Made by a program: the position numbers and the translations under genes
From: an uncultured Bacteroidales bacterium
Lineage (GTDB): Bacteria > Bacteroidota > Bacteroidia > Bacteroidales > UBA11471
Length of the DNA stretch: 64,000 nt
Assembly: GCA_947625885.1 (NCBI GenBank)
Contig: CANQQA010000008.1
Span: 12,492-76,491, forward strand
Direction of reading: 5' to 3'
Part shown: piece by piece, positions 20,030 to 27,984 of the stretch
How the letters are laid out: every line of letters begins with the position of its first letter
Numbering within the stretch: position 1 is the first letter of the stretch
The notes under the pieces: generated by a model
Databases searched by the model: none
Seen by the model: only the letters and a program-made list of their open reading frames with translations
What the model was told of the DNA's origin: nothing

Positions 20030-20471
20030 ACTCGTCGATATAAAGGACGGCGGCTCCCGTCAGCTCCGTGTAGAGCAGGTCGTATTCGGGCGACAGGGCG
20101 AAGTTGTCGTCCGAAAGGTCATAGGCGGAGAATACATTACCGACAGGCGGCAGCAGCTTTCGGATGAAGGCTTCGCGTTTCTTTTCCGGCACTTCGTTGG
20201 CAAACTCGTTTTCCACGACTTCGCGGAGGATGGCGTACTTGGAATAGCGAAGCCCCCGCAGGAGCGTGTCCATCGCCAACTCCTGCGCCCCTTCGGGCGG
20301 ATAGCCTTCGAGCCGCACACGCTCATACGTTTCGGCGGCACGGTCGGCACGCTCCCGGATGAAGGCATCATCGGAAGCCTGTTCAAACCTGTTCGTGCGG
20401 AGGTAGTCCAGCAGGTACAGACCGTAATAGGAAAAGTCGGTCTGACCCTCGTTTTTCTTCTTGTTGTTCAT
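20019..20471 (-). CDS. DUF1896 domain protein (conserved CTn gene upstream of the methylase-helicase)
   Basis: Start trimmed to MNNKKKNEGQTDFSYYGLYLLDYL (ATG at 20471-20469); 11-nt overlap with the downstream gene start. Confidence 0.65.
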   Translation of the reverse strand: MNNKKKNEGQTDFSYYGLYLLDYLRTNRFEQASDDAFIRERADRAAETYERVRLEGYPPEGAQELAMDTLLRGLRYSKYAILREVVENEFANEVPEKKREAFIRKLLPPVGNVFSAYDLSDDNFALSPEYDLLYTELTGAAVLYIDEYGV

Positions 20472-20633
20472 TACTTTGGATTTAGCGGATTGATAATTAA
20501 CGGGATAATCGGTTGGAAAAAGGAAGAAAAAGGCACTCGGTATCCCTCCGAGTGCCACCACTAAATCCAAAGTATGAGTGTAATCCGGTATCGAAGAACA
20601 ATTCATTACTCTGAACCAGTGGCAAAGGTAATA

Positions 20634-22724
20634 CTATTTCTTCCGTCCTGAAAATTTCCTGCTCGTTTTCCTTTCGGGGAACACGAAAGTCGTGTTATAG
20701 TCCCCGTCAAAGGCGACTATGGCATCAAAGCTCTTGCCCTGTTTGCTTTTGAAGCCTTTGAGCAGCTTCGTATGCCCGTCGGTGAGCAGCTCTTTGATCT
20801 CGTCGTCGGAAAGGGTGCGGTTCGCCTTCAGGCGGAACACGGGCAGCCCGCACTCCGCGTTGTCGCAGCGTACCACCTTGCCGTAGAACTGCATGCTGCC
20901 CGTCCCGCACTTGGGACACTTGCAGCCGGAATCCCTGCGGGAGAACAGTTTGTCGCACGAGAGCAGTTCGGAGGTGATTTCACGTGTGTACGCCTCTATC
21001 TCCCTGCGGAAGGTGTCAGCGGGCAGTTCCCCGCGCTCGATGCGTGCCAGATTCTTCTCCCATTCGCCCGTCATGGCTACGTCGGCGATGCGCATCGTCT
21101 TCACGACCGAGTAGAGGGCAAGCCCTTTTTCTGTCGGCACAAGCGATTTCTTGCAGCGTTCCATGTAGCCGCGTTTGAAGAGCGTTTCGATAATCGCCGC
21201 ACGGGTGGCGGGCGTGCCGATGCCGCAGTCCTTCAACGCCTGACGCAATGCGTCGTCCTCTATGTCCTTGCCCGCCGTTTCCATTGCCGACAACAGTGTC
21301 GCTTCGGTATGCAGCGGTTTGGGTTTGGTCTTGCCCTCCGTGATGGAGCAGCCTTTCAGCGTCAGCGTGTCGCCTTCCCGCCAATCGGGGATGGCGGTTT
21401 CTTCCTTGTCCTCCCCGCCATAGACGGCACGCCATCCGGCTTGCCTGATGATGCTGCCTTTCACCGTGAACTCCACTCCGGCACATTCCGCCGTGACGGT
21501 GGCGGTGTCCTTGACGCATTTCTCGGAGAAAGCCTCAATCATGCGCCCGGCAACCATCTGATAAATGGTGCTGTCCTCTTTGGAGAGGAACAGCGGCTTC
21601 TCGCCAGTGACGAGCAGGGCGTGGTGGTCCGTCACCTTGCCGCCGTCCACACTGCGGCGTGTCGGCTGCGCTTTCGGCTGCACCTTGCCTTTCCATTCGG
21701 GCAAAGCCCCGATGAAGGCGAGCAGCTTGGGGATTTCAGCGAACATGTCTTCGGGTATGTAGCGGCTTCCGGTTCGCGGATAGGTGATGAGCTTCTTCTC
21801 ATAGAGCTTCTGCGCGATTTCAAGCGTCTGTTCCGCCGTGAAGCCGTGCTTGGCGTTGGCTTCCTTCTGGAGCGTCGTCAGGTCGTACAGGAGCGGTGTT
21901 TCCTCCGTCTTCTCCTTGCGTTCGGCTTTCGTGACGGTGGCTGTGCCTGCCGACTTCACCTTATCATACAGTTCCGTCGCAGGCTCTTTCTCTTTCCACT
22001 TTTCGGAAGAGGAAAACTTCACTGTTCCTTCGTCGCAGCCGTCCGTTGCGATATGGAGCTGCCAAAAGGCTTCGGGTGTGAAGCGGCGGTTCTCCCAATA
22101 GCGTGCGCACACCATTGCCAATGTAGGTGTCTGCACCCGTCCGATGGAATATGTGCCGTGTCCGGCGGCGATGGAGAGTGCCTGCGTGCCGTTGATGCCC
22201 ACGAGCCAGTCTGATTCGCTCCGCGCTTTGGCGGCAAGATAGAGATTGTCGTATTTGCCGCCCGCTTCGAGGTTGCGCAGCCCCTCGCGGATAGCCTTGT
22301 CGGTAAGCGAGCTTATCCAAAGGCGCACAAACGGGGTGGTGCATCCGATATAATGGTAGAGGTATCGGAAGATAAGCTCACCCTCACGCCCTGCATCGGT
22401 CGCCACGATGATTTGTTCGCTCCTGTTGAACAGGGTGGCGATAACCTTTATCTGCGCCGCCACACCGCTGTCAGGCTTGTAACCCTTCTCCGTCTTGGTC
22501 TGGCGGGGGACGAGCGTGAAGGTGTCGGGGATGACGGGCAGGTTGTCACGGACGAAGCCGCGTATGCCGTAGCCGTCGGGCATGGCAAGCTGCACGAGGT
22601 GTCCGAACGCCCATGTCACGGCGTAGCCGCCTCCCTCGAAATATCCTTCCTCTCTCTTTGTCGCGCCCACGATACGGGCGATCTCACGTGCCACAGACGG
22701 CTTTTCTGCAATGATTGTCTTCAT
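20634..22724 (-). CDS. exc: Type IA DNA topoisomerase III; occupies the exc position of the CTnDOT excision operon
   Basis: Toprim N-terminus MKTIIAEKPSVAREIA; ...ATDAGREGELIF; active-site region ITYPRTGSRY; C-terminal zinc-ribbon CPKCGTG...C..AEC. Confidence 0.9.
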   Translation of the reverse strand: MKTIIAEKPSVAREIARIVGATKREEGYFEGGGYAVTWAFGHLVQLAMPDGYGIRGFVRDNLPVIPDTFTLVPRQTKTEKGYKPDSGVAAQIKVIATLFNRSEQIIVATDAGREGELIFRYLYHYIGCTTPFVRLWISSLTDKAIREGLRNLEAGGKYDNLYLAAKARSESDWLVGINGTQALSIAAGHGTYSIGRVQTPTLAMVCARYWENRRFTPEAFWQLHIATDGCDEGTVKFSSSEKWKEKEPATELYDKVKSAGTATVTKAERKEKTEETPLLYDLTTLQKEANAKHGFTAEQTLEIAQKLYEKKLITYPRTGSRYIPEDMFAEIPKLLAFIGALPEWKGKVQPKAQPTRRSVDGGKVTDHHALLVTGEKPLFLSKEDSTIYQMVAGRMIEAFSEKCVKDTATVTAECAGVEFTVKGSIIRQAGWRAVYGGEDKEETAIPDWREGDTLTLKGCSITEGKTKPKPLHTEATLLSAMETAGKDIEDDALRQALKDCGIGTPATRAAIIETLFKRGYMERCKKSLVPTEKGLALYSVVKTMRIADVAMTGEWEKNLARIERGELPADTFRREIEAYTREITSELLSCDKLFSRRDSGCKCPKCGTGSMQFYGKVVRCDNAECGLPVFRLKANRTLSDDEIKELLTDGHTKLLKGFKSKQGKSFDAIVAFDGDYNTTFVFPERKTSRKFSGRKK

Positions 22725-22783
22725 ATTCTTCTGTCGTTTTGAATTTTACAAATGGTACTTCGGATTTAGTGGCGGACACCGGA

Positions 22784-24373
22784 TTACATCTTCATGCCCT
22801 TATTGTTTCTTTTCTGCGGCTTCTCCTGCTGCTGTTGCTGTGCGGTGTCCTTCGGGGCGGTCTGTCCCTTCCGCAACGGTTCTTTCAGGTTCTTGGTAGC
22901 CTCGTTGGTCTTGCCCTCGCTGTTCACCGCCACCTGCGTGCGGCTCTCGTTGGACGGGGCGACCTTCTGAGCGTTGTCGGGGTTGGTGTCGTAGCGGTAC
23001 GGGCGTCCCTTCTCCGGATTGAACTTGATGTACATCGTGGCGTGGAAGCCTTGCTTGTCGGTCACGTTCTCTAATTTCACGGCTTTGCCAGCCACGTAGT
23101 CGGCTTTCTGCTGCTCGGTGAAGTCCACGCCGCTCCATTTGCTGATGGGTCGGATGCTGCCGTCGGCGTTAGTCCACGTGTTGCGGCGTTGCTCCTTCTG
23201 CGTGTTGGCGGCATTCTCCGTACCCTGCGCCTGTCCCTGTGCGGGGTTGTTCTTCGTTTCCTGCGTCTGGACGGCACGGGGCGACCTGCCGGTTCCCGGC
23301 ACGAACTCCACGCCGCGCTGCTCCACGTTCACTTGCAGGGTGGTGACGAACTTCCTGCCGTCCTTGCGCTCGATGAGCTTGTCACGCACGGGCAGCCCGG
23401 CACGCAGCATGTCCTGCTCCTGCTTGGTGATTTCCGTCTTGCCGATGCGCTCCGGTATGCGCACCTTGTTTGCCGGGACATCCGTGATTTCGTTCGTCTT
23501 GCGGTCGATGCTGACGAACGAGGGGATGATCTCGCCCGTTCCCCTGTCCACGAGGTCCACGACCCTGCCGAGGTTGCCCGTTTCGCGCAGGTTCTTCCGG
23601 TCATCGTCGGAGAACTTGTGTTCCTTATACTCGTCGAGCTTCTGCTCCTTGCGGATGAAGTGCGGCACAAGGCTGACATTGCCCTCGCCGTCCTTCTTGA
23701 AGGAGAGGCGGGCGTCCAGTTCGAAAGCCTCTCCGCCGAAATTGGGCGACACCCTCACCAAGTCGGACTTGCCGTAGTTGAGCATCCTGTTAAGATCGCC
23801 CGACTTTTCAAGGTCGTCGCGCTTCACGCCCCATTTCTCCTCCAACTCCTGCCAGTTGATCTTGCTCTCGTCGATGGGCTGGTAGCCCCGGTTGCCCTGC
23901 GTCTGTTGCGGGCTTTCCTGATTCTGTTCGTTTTTCTGTTCCATTTCTTCCTGTTTTTTAGGTTCGTCATCTTGTTTCTGTTCCGGTTGTTCCTGCTTTT
24001 CGGCGGACTGCTCCTCCTGTACTTTCTTTTCGTAGCCGGAGGTGTCCACCTTGTGGGGCGCAAGCATCTCCTTGTTGCCGTCGGGGTCTTTCAGCAAGTC
24101 CTTGATAACCTCCAGCAGTTTGTCGGCTTGGTCCGCCGCGACACGGTAGAAACCGAAGCGGCTGGGTTCCTTGCACTGGCGGAAGAAGTTCTTGAAGAAG
24201 TTGTCCAGCACGTCGCCGTGCCGGTCGAATTGCAGGAAGCTCTGCGAGTTCTCCGCTTTCGCGGGGATACGCTTGGGGGAGCCGTCGGCGTTCAGCCCGG
24301 CTACCACGCTGATTTCGCCCGTCTTCTCGTCACGGACAACCAGCACGTCCTTTTCGTCTTTTTTCTTTGCCAT
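22784..24373 (-). CDS. DUF3945/DUF4099-type CTn protein (orf3 position of the excision operon)
   Basis: 529 aa with a Glu/Gln/Lys-rich low-complexity middle. Position between the xis-like genes and topoisomerase III. Family assignment is from memory. Confidence 0.6.
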   Translation of the reverse strand: MAKKKDEKDVLVVRDEKTGEISVVAGLNADGSPKRIPAKAENSQSFLQFDRHGDVLDNFFKNFFRQCKEPSRFGFYRVAADQADKLLEVIKDLLKDPDGNKEMLAPHKVDTSGYEKKVQEEQSAEKQEQPEQKQDDEPKKQEEMEQKNEQNQESPQQTQGNRGYQPIDESKINWQELEEKWGVKRDDLEKSGDLNRMLNYGKSDLVRVSPNFGGEAFELDARLSFKKDGEGNVSLVPHFIRKEQKLDEYKEHKFSDDDRKNLRETGNLGRVVDLVDRGTGEIIPSFVSIDRKTNEITDVPANKVRIPERIGKTEITKQEQDMLRAGLPVRDKLIERKDGRKFVTTLQVNVEQRGVEFVPGTGRSPRAVQTQETKNNPAQGQAQGTENAANTQKEQRRNTWTNADGSIRPISKWSGVDFTEQQKADYVAGKAVKLENVTDKQGFHATMYIKFNPEKGRPYRYDTNPDNAQKVAPSNESRTQVAVNSEGKTNEATKNLKEPLRKGQTAPKDTAQQQQQEKPQKRNNKGMKM

Positions 24374-24392
24374 CTGAAAAATGTTTTAATGG

Positions 24393-24743
24393 TTATTTTT
24401 GAAAGAAATTATGGATACGAGCCTTGTAGAAGGCTATATCTTCCTTGCGGAAGTCCTTTACATGTTCGGAGAGGAACGTCAGCACGTCCGCCTCGCTGTA
24501 ATAGGTCTTTTTGCCGAGCGTCTTGTAGGGCAATGCGCCGATGCTGCGGTAGCGTTGCAGGGTGCGCTTGCTGATCTGGAGCAGCATGCACAGGTCTTGG
24601 TTGTCGAAAAGCCTGATCCCGTCCATCGGGTTCGGGGCTTTGCCGGACGGCTGCATGGAGAGCAGCATCTCGTCCTGACGGTCGAGCCGTTCCATAACTT
24701 TCTGCATCCAGTTCTCGAAATTGTTGCGGGTAAGCAGTTCCAT
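24393..24743 (-). CDS. Small HTH_17 (excisionase/MerR-type) protein, xis2d position
   Basis: 116 aa; LLQISKRTLQRYRSIGALPYKTLGKKTYYSEADV helix-turn-helix. Confidence 0.7.
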   Translation of the reverse strand: MELLTRNNFENWMQKVMERLDRQDEMLLSMQPSGKAPNPMDGIRLFDNQDLCMLLQISKRTLQRYRSIGALPYKTLGKKTYYSEADVLTFLSEHVKDFRKEDIAFYKARIHNFFQK

Positions 24744-24746
24744 GTC

Positions 24747-25103
24747 CTACGTCCTCCTTCCTTTGGGTTTGCCGCCCGTGCGCAGCGTGTGGTTGCGTTT
24801 CATCTGTTCCGGGGTCGCGGCATCACCCGTAATGGTGCTGTCTTCGAGCAGGCGGTCGATTTCCGACTGCCGGTAGCGGCACTTGCCGCGCAGCACGACA
24901 TAGGCGATGCGCTGTTCGCTGCGCATGCGCTGGAGGGTGCGGCAACTCACGTTCAGCAGGTGCGCCGCCTCGCGGGTGGTGAGCAGCCTGTCGGGGGATT
25001 CTTCCTTCCTCCCGCCGGAAACGGCACGCACGTGTGCCGCTATCTCGGCTATCTGTTCCGTCAATGCGGTGAAGGCGGAACTTTCCATCGTTATCACTTT
25101 CAT
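24747..25103 (-). CDS. Small HTH_17 (excisionase-type) protein, xis2c position
   Basis: 118 aa; LTTREAAHLLNVSCRTLQRMRSEQRIAYVVLRGKCRYRQSEI. Confidence 0.7.
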   Translation of the reverse strand: MKVITMESSAFTALTEQIAEIAAHVRAVSGGRKEESPDRLLTTREAAHLLNVSCRTLQRMRSEQRIAYVVLRGKCRYRQSEIDRLLEDSTITGDAATPEQMKRNHTLRTGGKPKGRRT

Positions 25104-25171
25104 ATTCAGTCTTTTCTTTTGGTTTCTGCGGCAAAATTCGGCAATAAACCAAAGGGGCTTTAACAGCTCAC

Positions 25172-25186
25172 TACGTGGCTCACGTA
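25172..25186. promoter_or_regulatory. Perfect palindrome TACGTG-GCT-CACGTA upstream of the excision-operon start; candidate operator
   Basis: Read directly from the sequence; lies 69-83 nt upstream of the xis2c-position ATG (25103), just upstream of a TTG-containing -33-like stretch. Confidence 0.35.
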
Positions 25187-25305
25187 AGATTTTTATGGAT
25201 AATGGCTCCGTAACCCGGACAGACGGCGCAACAAGCTGCCTTTTAGCGGGAAACGGTGCGTGTTCATGGCGGCTTCGTTACCTTTGCGGCAAACTCTGAA
25301 ATGTT

Positions 25306-25605
25306 TTGCTTATGGAAATAGTATCTATCGAGAAAAAGACCTTCGAGATGATGGTGGTGTCCTTCAACGCCCTCGCGGAGAAGGTAGCCACCCTTAGGCG
25401 CAGGAGCGACGGCGGGCGGATGGAAAGGTGGCTCACGGGCGAGGAGGTCTGCGGGCAGTTGAGGATCAGCCCGCGCACGTTGCAGACCTTGCGCGACAGG
25501 CGGCTTATCGGCTACTCGCAGATTAACCGCAGGTTCTATTACAAGCCGGAGGAGGTCAAAAGGCTCATTCCGCTTGTCGGCACGCTCTATCCCGGCGGAA
25601 AATGA
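25306..25605 (+). CDS. HTH_17 domain protein
   Basis: 99 aa; LTGEEVCGQLRISPRTLQTLRDRRLIGYSQINRRFYYKPEEV; preceded by the -7-like box TACCTTTG (25279-25286). Confidence 0.65.
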   Translation: MLMEIVSIEKKTFEMMVVSFNALAEKVATLRRRSDGGRMERWLTGEEVCGQLRISPRTLQTLRDRRLIGYSQINRRFYYKPEEVKRLIPLVGTLYPGGK

Positions 25606-25636
25606 TTTTTATTATTCACAACCCACTGAATCCGAA

Positions 25637-25945
25637 ATGATGATGAACGAGAACAATGAAGTGTTTACGATGGAGGACGAGCCGCTTGCCACCCTTGTGC
25701 AGAACATGCGCAAAGGCTCGAAATGGCTCTCCGCCTTTCTGGAAAGTTACCGCCCGCCGTTGGACGGGGAGCGTTACCTGACGGACAGGGAGGTGGCGGA
25801 ACTGCTCCGTGTCAGCCGCCGCACCTTGCAGGAGTACCGCAACAACAGGGTGTTGCCCTTTATCCTTTTGGGAGGGAAGGTGCTTTACCCTGAATCGGGG
25901 TTGCGTGAATTGTTGGAGGCGAACTATCGCAAGCCGATGGAATAA
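25637..25945 (+). CDS. HTH_17 domain protein
   Basis: Start trimmed to MMMNENNEVF (ATG at 25637); LTDREVAELLRVSRRTLQEYRNNRVLPFILLGGKVLYPESGL. Confidence 0.65.
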   Translation: MMMNENNEVFTMEDEPLATLVQNMRKGSKWLSAFLESYRPPLDGERYLTDREVAELLRVSRRTLQEYRNNRVLPFILLGGKVLYPESGLRELLEANYRKPME

Positions 25946-26022
25946 GGCGGCTGCATGAAAAAAGGAAACGGACAACTCCTTCACGGGGCTGTCCGTTTCC
26001 TTTTTCTTATTTATATGCGTTA

Positions 26023-26385
26023 TCAGCAATACCCGGCTTTTCCGTTCTGTATGAACATCACGTATGCCTGCCGCTTTTCCTTCGAGAGTGCTTTCTCTAC
26101 CAGCCACGTGCGGAACACATGCGCATGGTAGGTGTTCAGCCGGAAGGCGACGGGGATGATGATTTCAAGAGAGTAAACATCCGCGTGCAGCCCGTTTTCA
26201 AGCCGCATGTAGCGGCACACTTCGTAGTCGTTCAGCACGTCCGGCTTGCGGACGGCTCTGATGGCGGCGTTCACTGCCGGGACGCCCGTGTGGAACAGTC
26301 CGGCGATTTCTGTGGCGGTCATCCATATCTCGTTACCGTTTACGCTGATCGTGTTGTCCTCTATGATGATTATATCACGTTTCAT
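26023..26385 (-). CDS. Hypothetical conserved CTn protein adjacent to int
   Basis: 120-aa ORF with protein-like composition, 13 nt downstream of int; no motif that I can name. Confidence 0.45.
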   Translation of the reverse strand: MKRDIIIIEDNTISVNGNEIWMTATEIAGLFHTGVPAVNAAIRAVRKPDVLNDYEVCRYMRLENGLHADVYSLEIIIPVAFRLNTYHAHVFRTWLVEKALSKEKRQAYVMFIQNGKAGYC

Positions 26386-26397
26386 GGCTTCTCTGTT

Positions 26398-27633
26398 TTA
26401 GATGGTGCAACCTGCAAATTCCTCGATGCCGTTCAACCTTGCCGCAAGGTTTTCCATGTCTTGGTTGAGCTTCTCTTTGGTGATTTTCGCGTATATCTGT
26501 GTCGTCTTTATGCTCTTGTGTCCCAGCATGGAACTCACCGTTTCGATGGGTACGCCGTTGGAGAGGAACACCGTCGTGGCTGCCGTGTGGCGGCTCTGAT
26601 GCCACGTGATATGCTTGGTGATGCCGCAACGCTTGGCGACGGAACGGATTCCGGCAAGGCACGTGTTGTAGTGGGGAACGGGGAAAATCCTGCCGTTCCC
26701 GCACAGACCCCGGTATTTGTCGATGATGCGCTTTGCGATGTCGAGCAGGCGGATATTGGACACCACGCCCGTCTTCTGGCGGTTGATGTTTATCCACTCG
26801 TGTTCGTCGAAGTAGGTGTGGATGTTCTCTTCCGTCAGGTTGCGCATGTCGGCGAACGACAAGCCGGTGAAGGCGCAGAACAGGTAGAGGTCGCGGTAAA
26901 GCTCCTGCTTGGCGTTTTTCAGCCTGCCCTCCATCAGCAGCCGGATTTCCTCTTTCGTCAGGAAACTGCGCACAGTTTCCTCCTTCTTGATTTCGTACTC
27001 CCGGAACGGGTCGCGTGTGAGCCACTCGTTGTTGATAGCGATGAACACCATCGTCCGCAAAGGGCAGACATACAGCCACACGGTGTTGGTGCAGCAGTGC
27101 TTGTCCGTGCGCAGGAACATCTCGAAGTCGGAGATGAAGGCGGGCGTAAGCTCTTTCAGCGCGATGTCCTTCACGCGGTAGCGGATGGAGAGGAACTCTT
27201 GCAGGTGCTTGTAAACGGTCTTGTATTTCAAGAGTGTACCTTTGGCTTTCATGCCGGCCTCCACCTGTTTCTCGTAGTCCTCGTTGTGCTGGCGGAACAC
27301 CTGCATCAGCGTGTGGTAGCGGTGTTCCAGTCCGAGAAAGGCGTTCTTGACCTTCTCTGCCGTGACAAAGTTGTCACGCTCCATGATTTCCTGATAATGT
27401 CTGTTGATGCGTACACGCATCTTGTCGAGCATGCGGTTCGTTTCGAGTGCCGCCGTGCTTCTGCCCGTGACACGTCCCCCTTTGGTGTCCCACAGCTTGG
27501 GATCGACGGTCAGTTTGCAGCTGAACTGCATCTGGGTGCCGTCCACCGTGATGCGTCCCATGACGGGTACTGTCCCGTCCTTTTTCACTACCTGACGCTT
27601 GAGGTAGTAGATTACTGAAAATGTACTCTTCAT
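26398..27633 (-). CDS. int: IntDOT-like tyrosine integrase
   Basis: Start trimmed to MKSTFSVIYYLKRQ (ATG at 27633-27631), giving 411 aa. N-terminal arm-binding-type domain, SAM-like core, catalytic tail WHQSRHTAATT...LGHKSIKTTQIYAK. Confidence 0.9.
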   Translation of the reverse strand: MKSTFSVIYYLKRQVVKKDGTVPVMGRITVDGTQMQFSCKLTVDPKLWDTKGGRVTGRSTAALETNRMLDKMRVRINRHYQEIMERDNFVTAEKVKNAFLGLEHRYHTLMQVFRQHNEDYEKQVEAGMKAKGTLLKYKTVYKHLQEFLSIRYRVKDIALKELTPAFISDFEMFLRTDKHCCTNTVWLYVCPLRTMVFIAINNEWLTRDPFREYEIKKEETVRSFLTKEEIRLLMEGRLKNAKQELYRDLYLFCAFTGLSFADMRNLTEENIHTYFDEHEWININRQKTGVVSNIRLLDIAKRIIDKYRGLCGNGRIFPVPHYNTCLAGIRSVAKRCGITKHITWHQSRHTAATTVFLSNGVPIETVSSMLGHKSIKTTQIYAKITKEKLNQDMENLAARLNGIEEFAGCTI

Positions 27634-27984
27634 CGTCCTTAATTTTTTTAGGTTCAAAATTAGTTGGTGAAGAGTCCGTTGTCGGTACGCAAAACGGGGA
27701 GGAACGGCGCAATCTTTTTCCGTAACCGGATTTGTTGCGTGGGTTGTCAGTAACTCACTAATCCTTAACGCCTTGTTTCGCTATCCGTGTCCGTTTGTCG
27801 CCCTTTCGGGCATGGTTACGGACAAGTAACGTAGCGGCGTCCTGATTTGGCTTCAGCGGTGATTGCGATGGCTTCACGAATAATCGGAAGCACGACTGAA
27901 ACCCTTGTAACTCAATTCTATCACTATTTCTTTCCGCATTTCACTTTTTTGTAGTAACTTTGTTATAATAAAAAATTTTTTGCC

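Larger units (their letters stand above)
1..27963 (-). mobile_element. Partial CTnDOT/CTn341-family conjugative transposon, integrase-proximal end; continues beyond the left window edge
   Basis: Collinear minus-strand set: int, two xis-like HTH genes, orf3-like DUF3945, topoisomerase III, DUF1896, methylase-helicase, tetQ-rteA-rteB, rteC. Right limit inferred between int (ends 27633) and the first chromosomal gene (27985). Confidence 0.8.

Noticed and set aside
18125-20167. 680-aa plus-strand ORF antisense to the methylase-helicase N-terminal fragment
   Set aside because: Same reasoning: Arg/Cys/Phe-rich nonsense composition, fully overlapped by a motif-bearing gene on the other strand.
27658-27984. 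Using a GC-content step as proof of the CTn boundary
   Set aside because: The CTn backbone (int, topoisomerase, methylase) is itself fairly GC-rich, so the change toward the chromosome is gradual by eye. The boundary is therefore inferred from gene content and motifs only.
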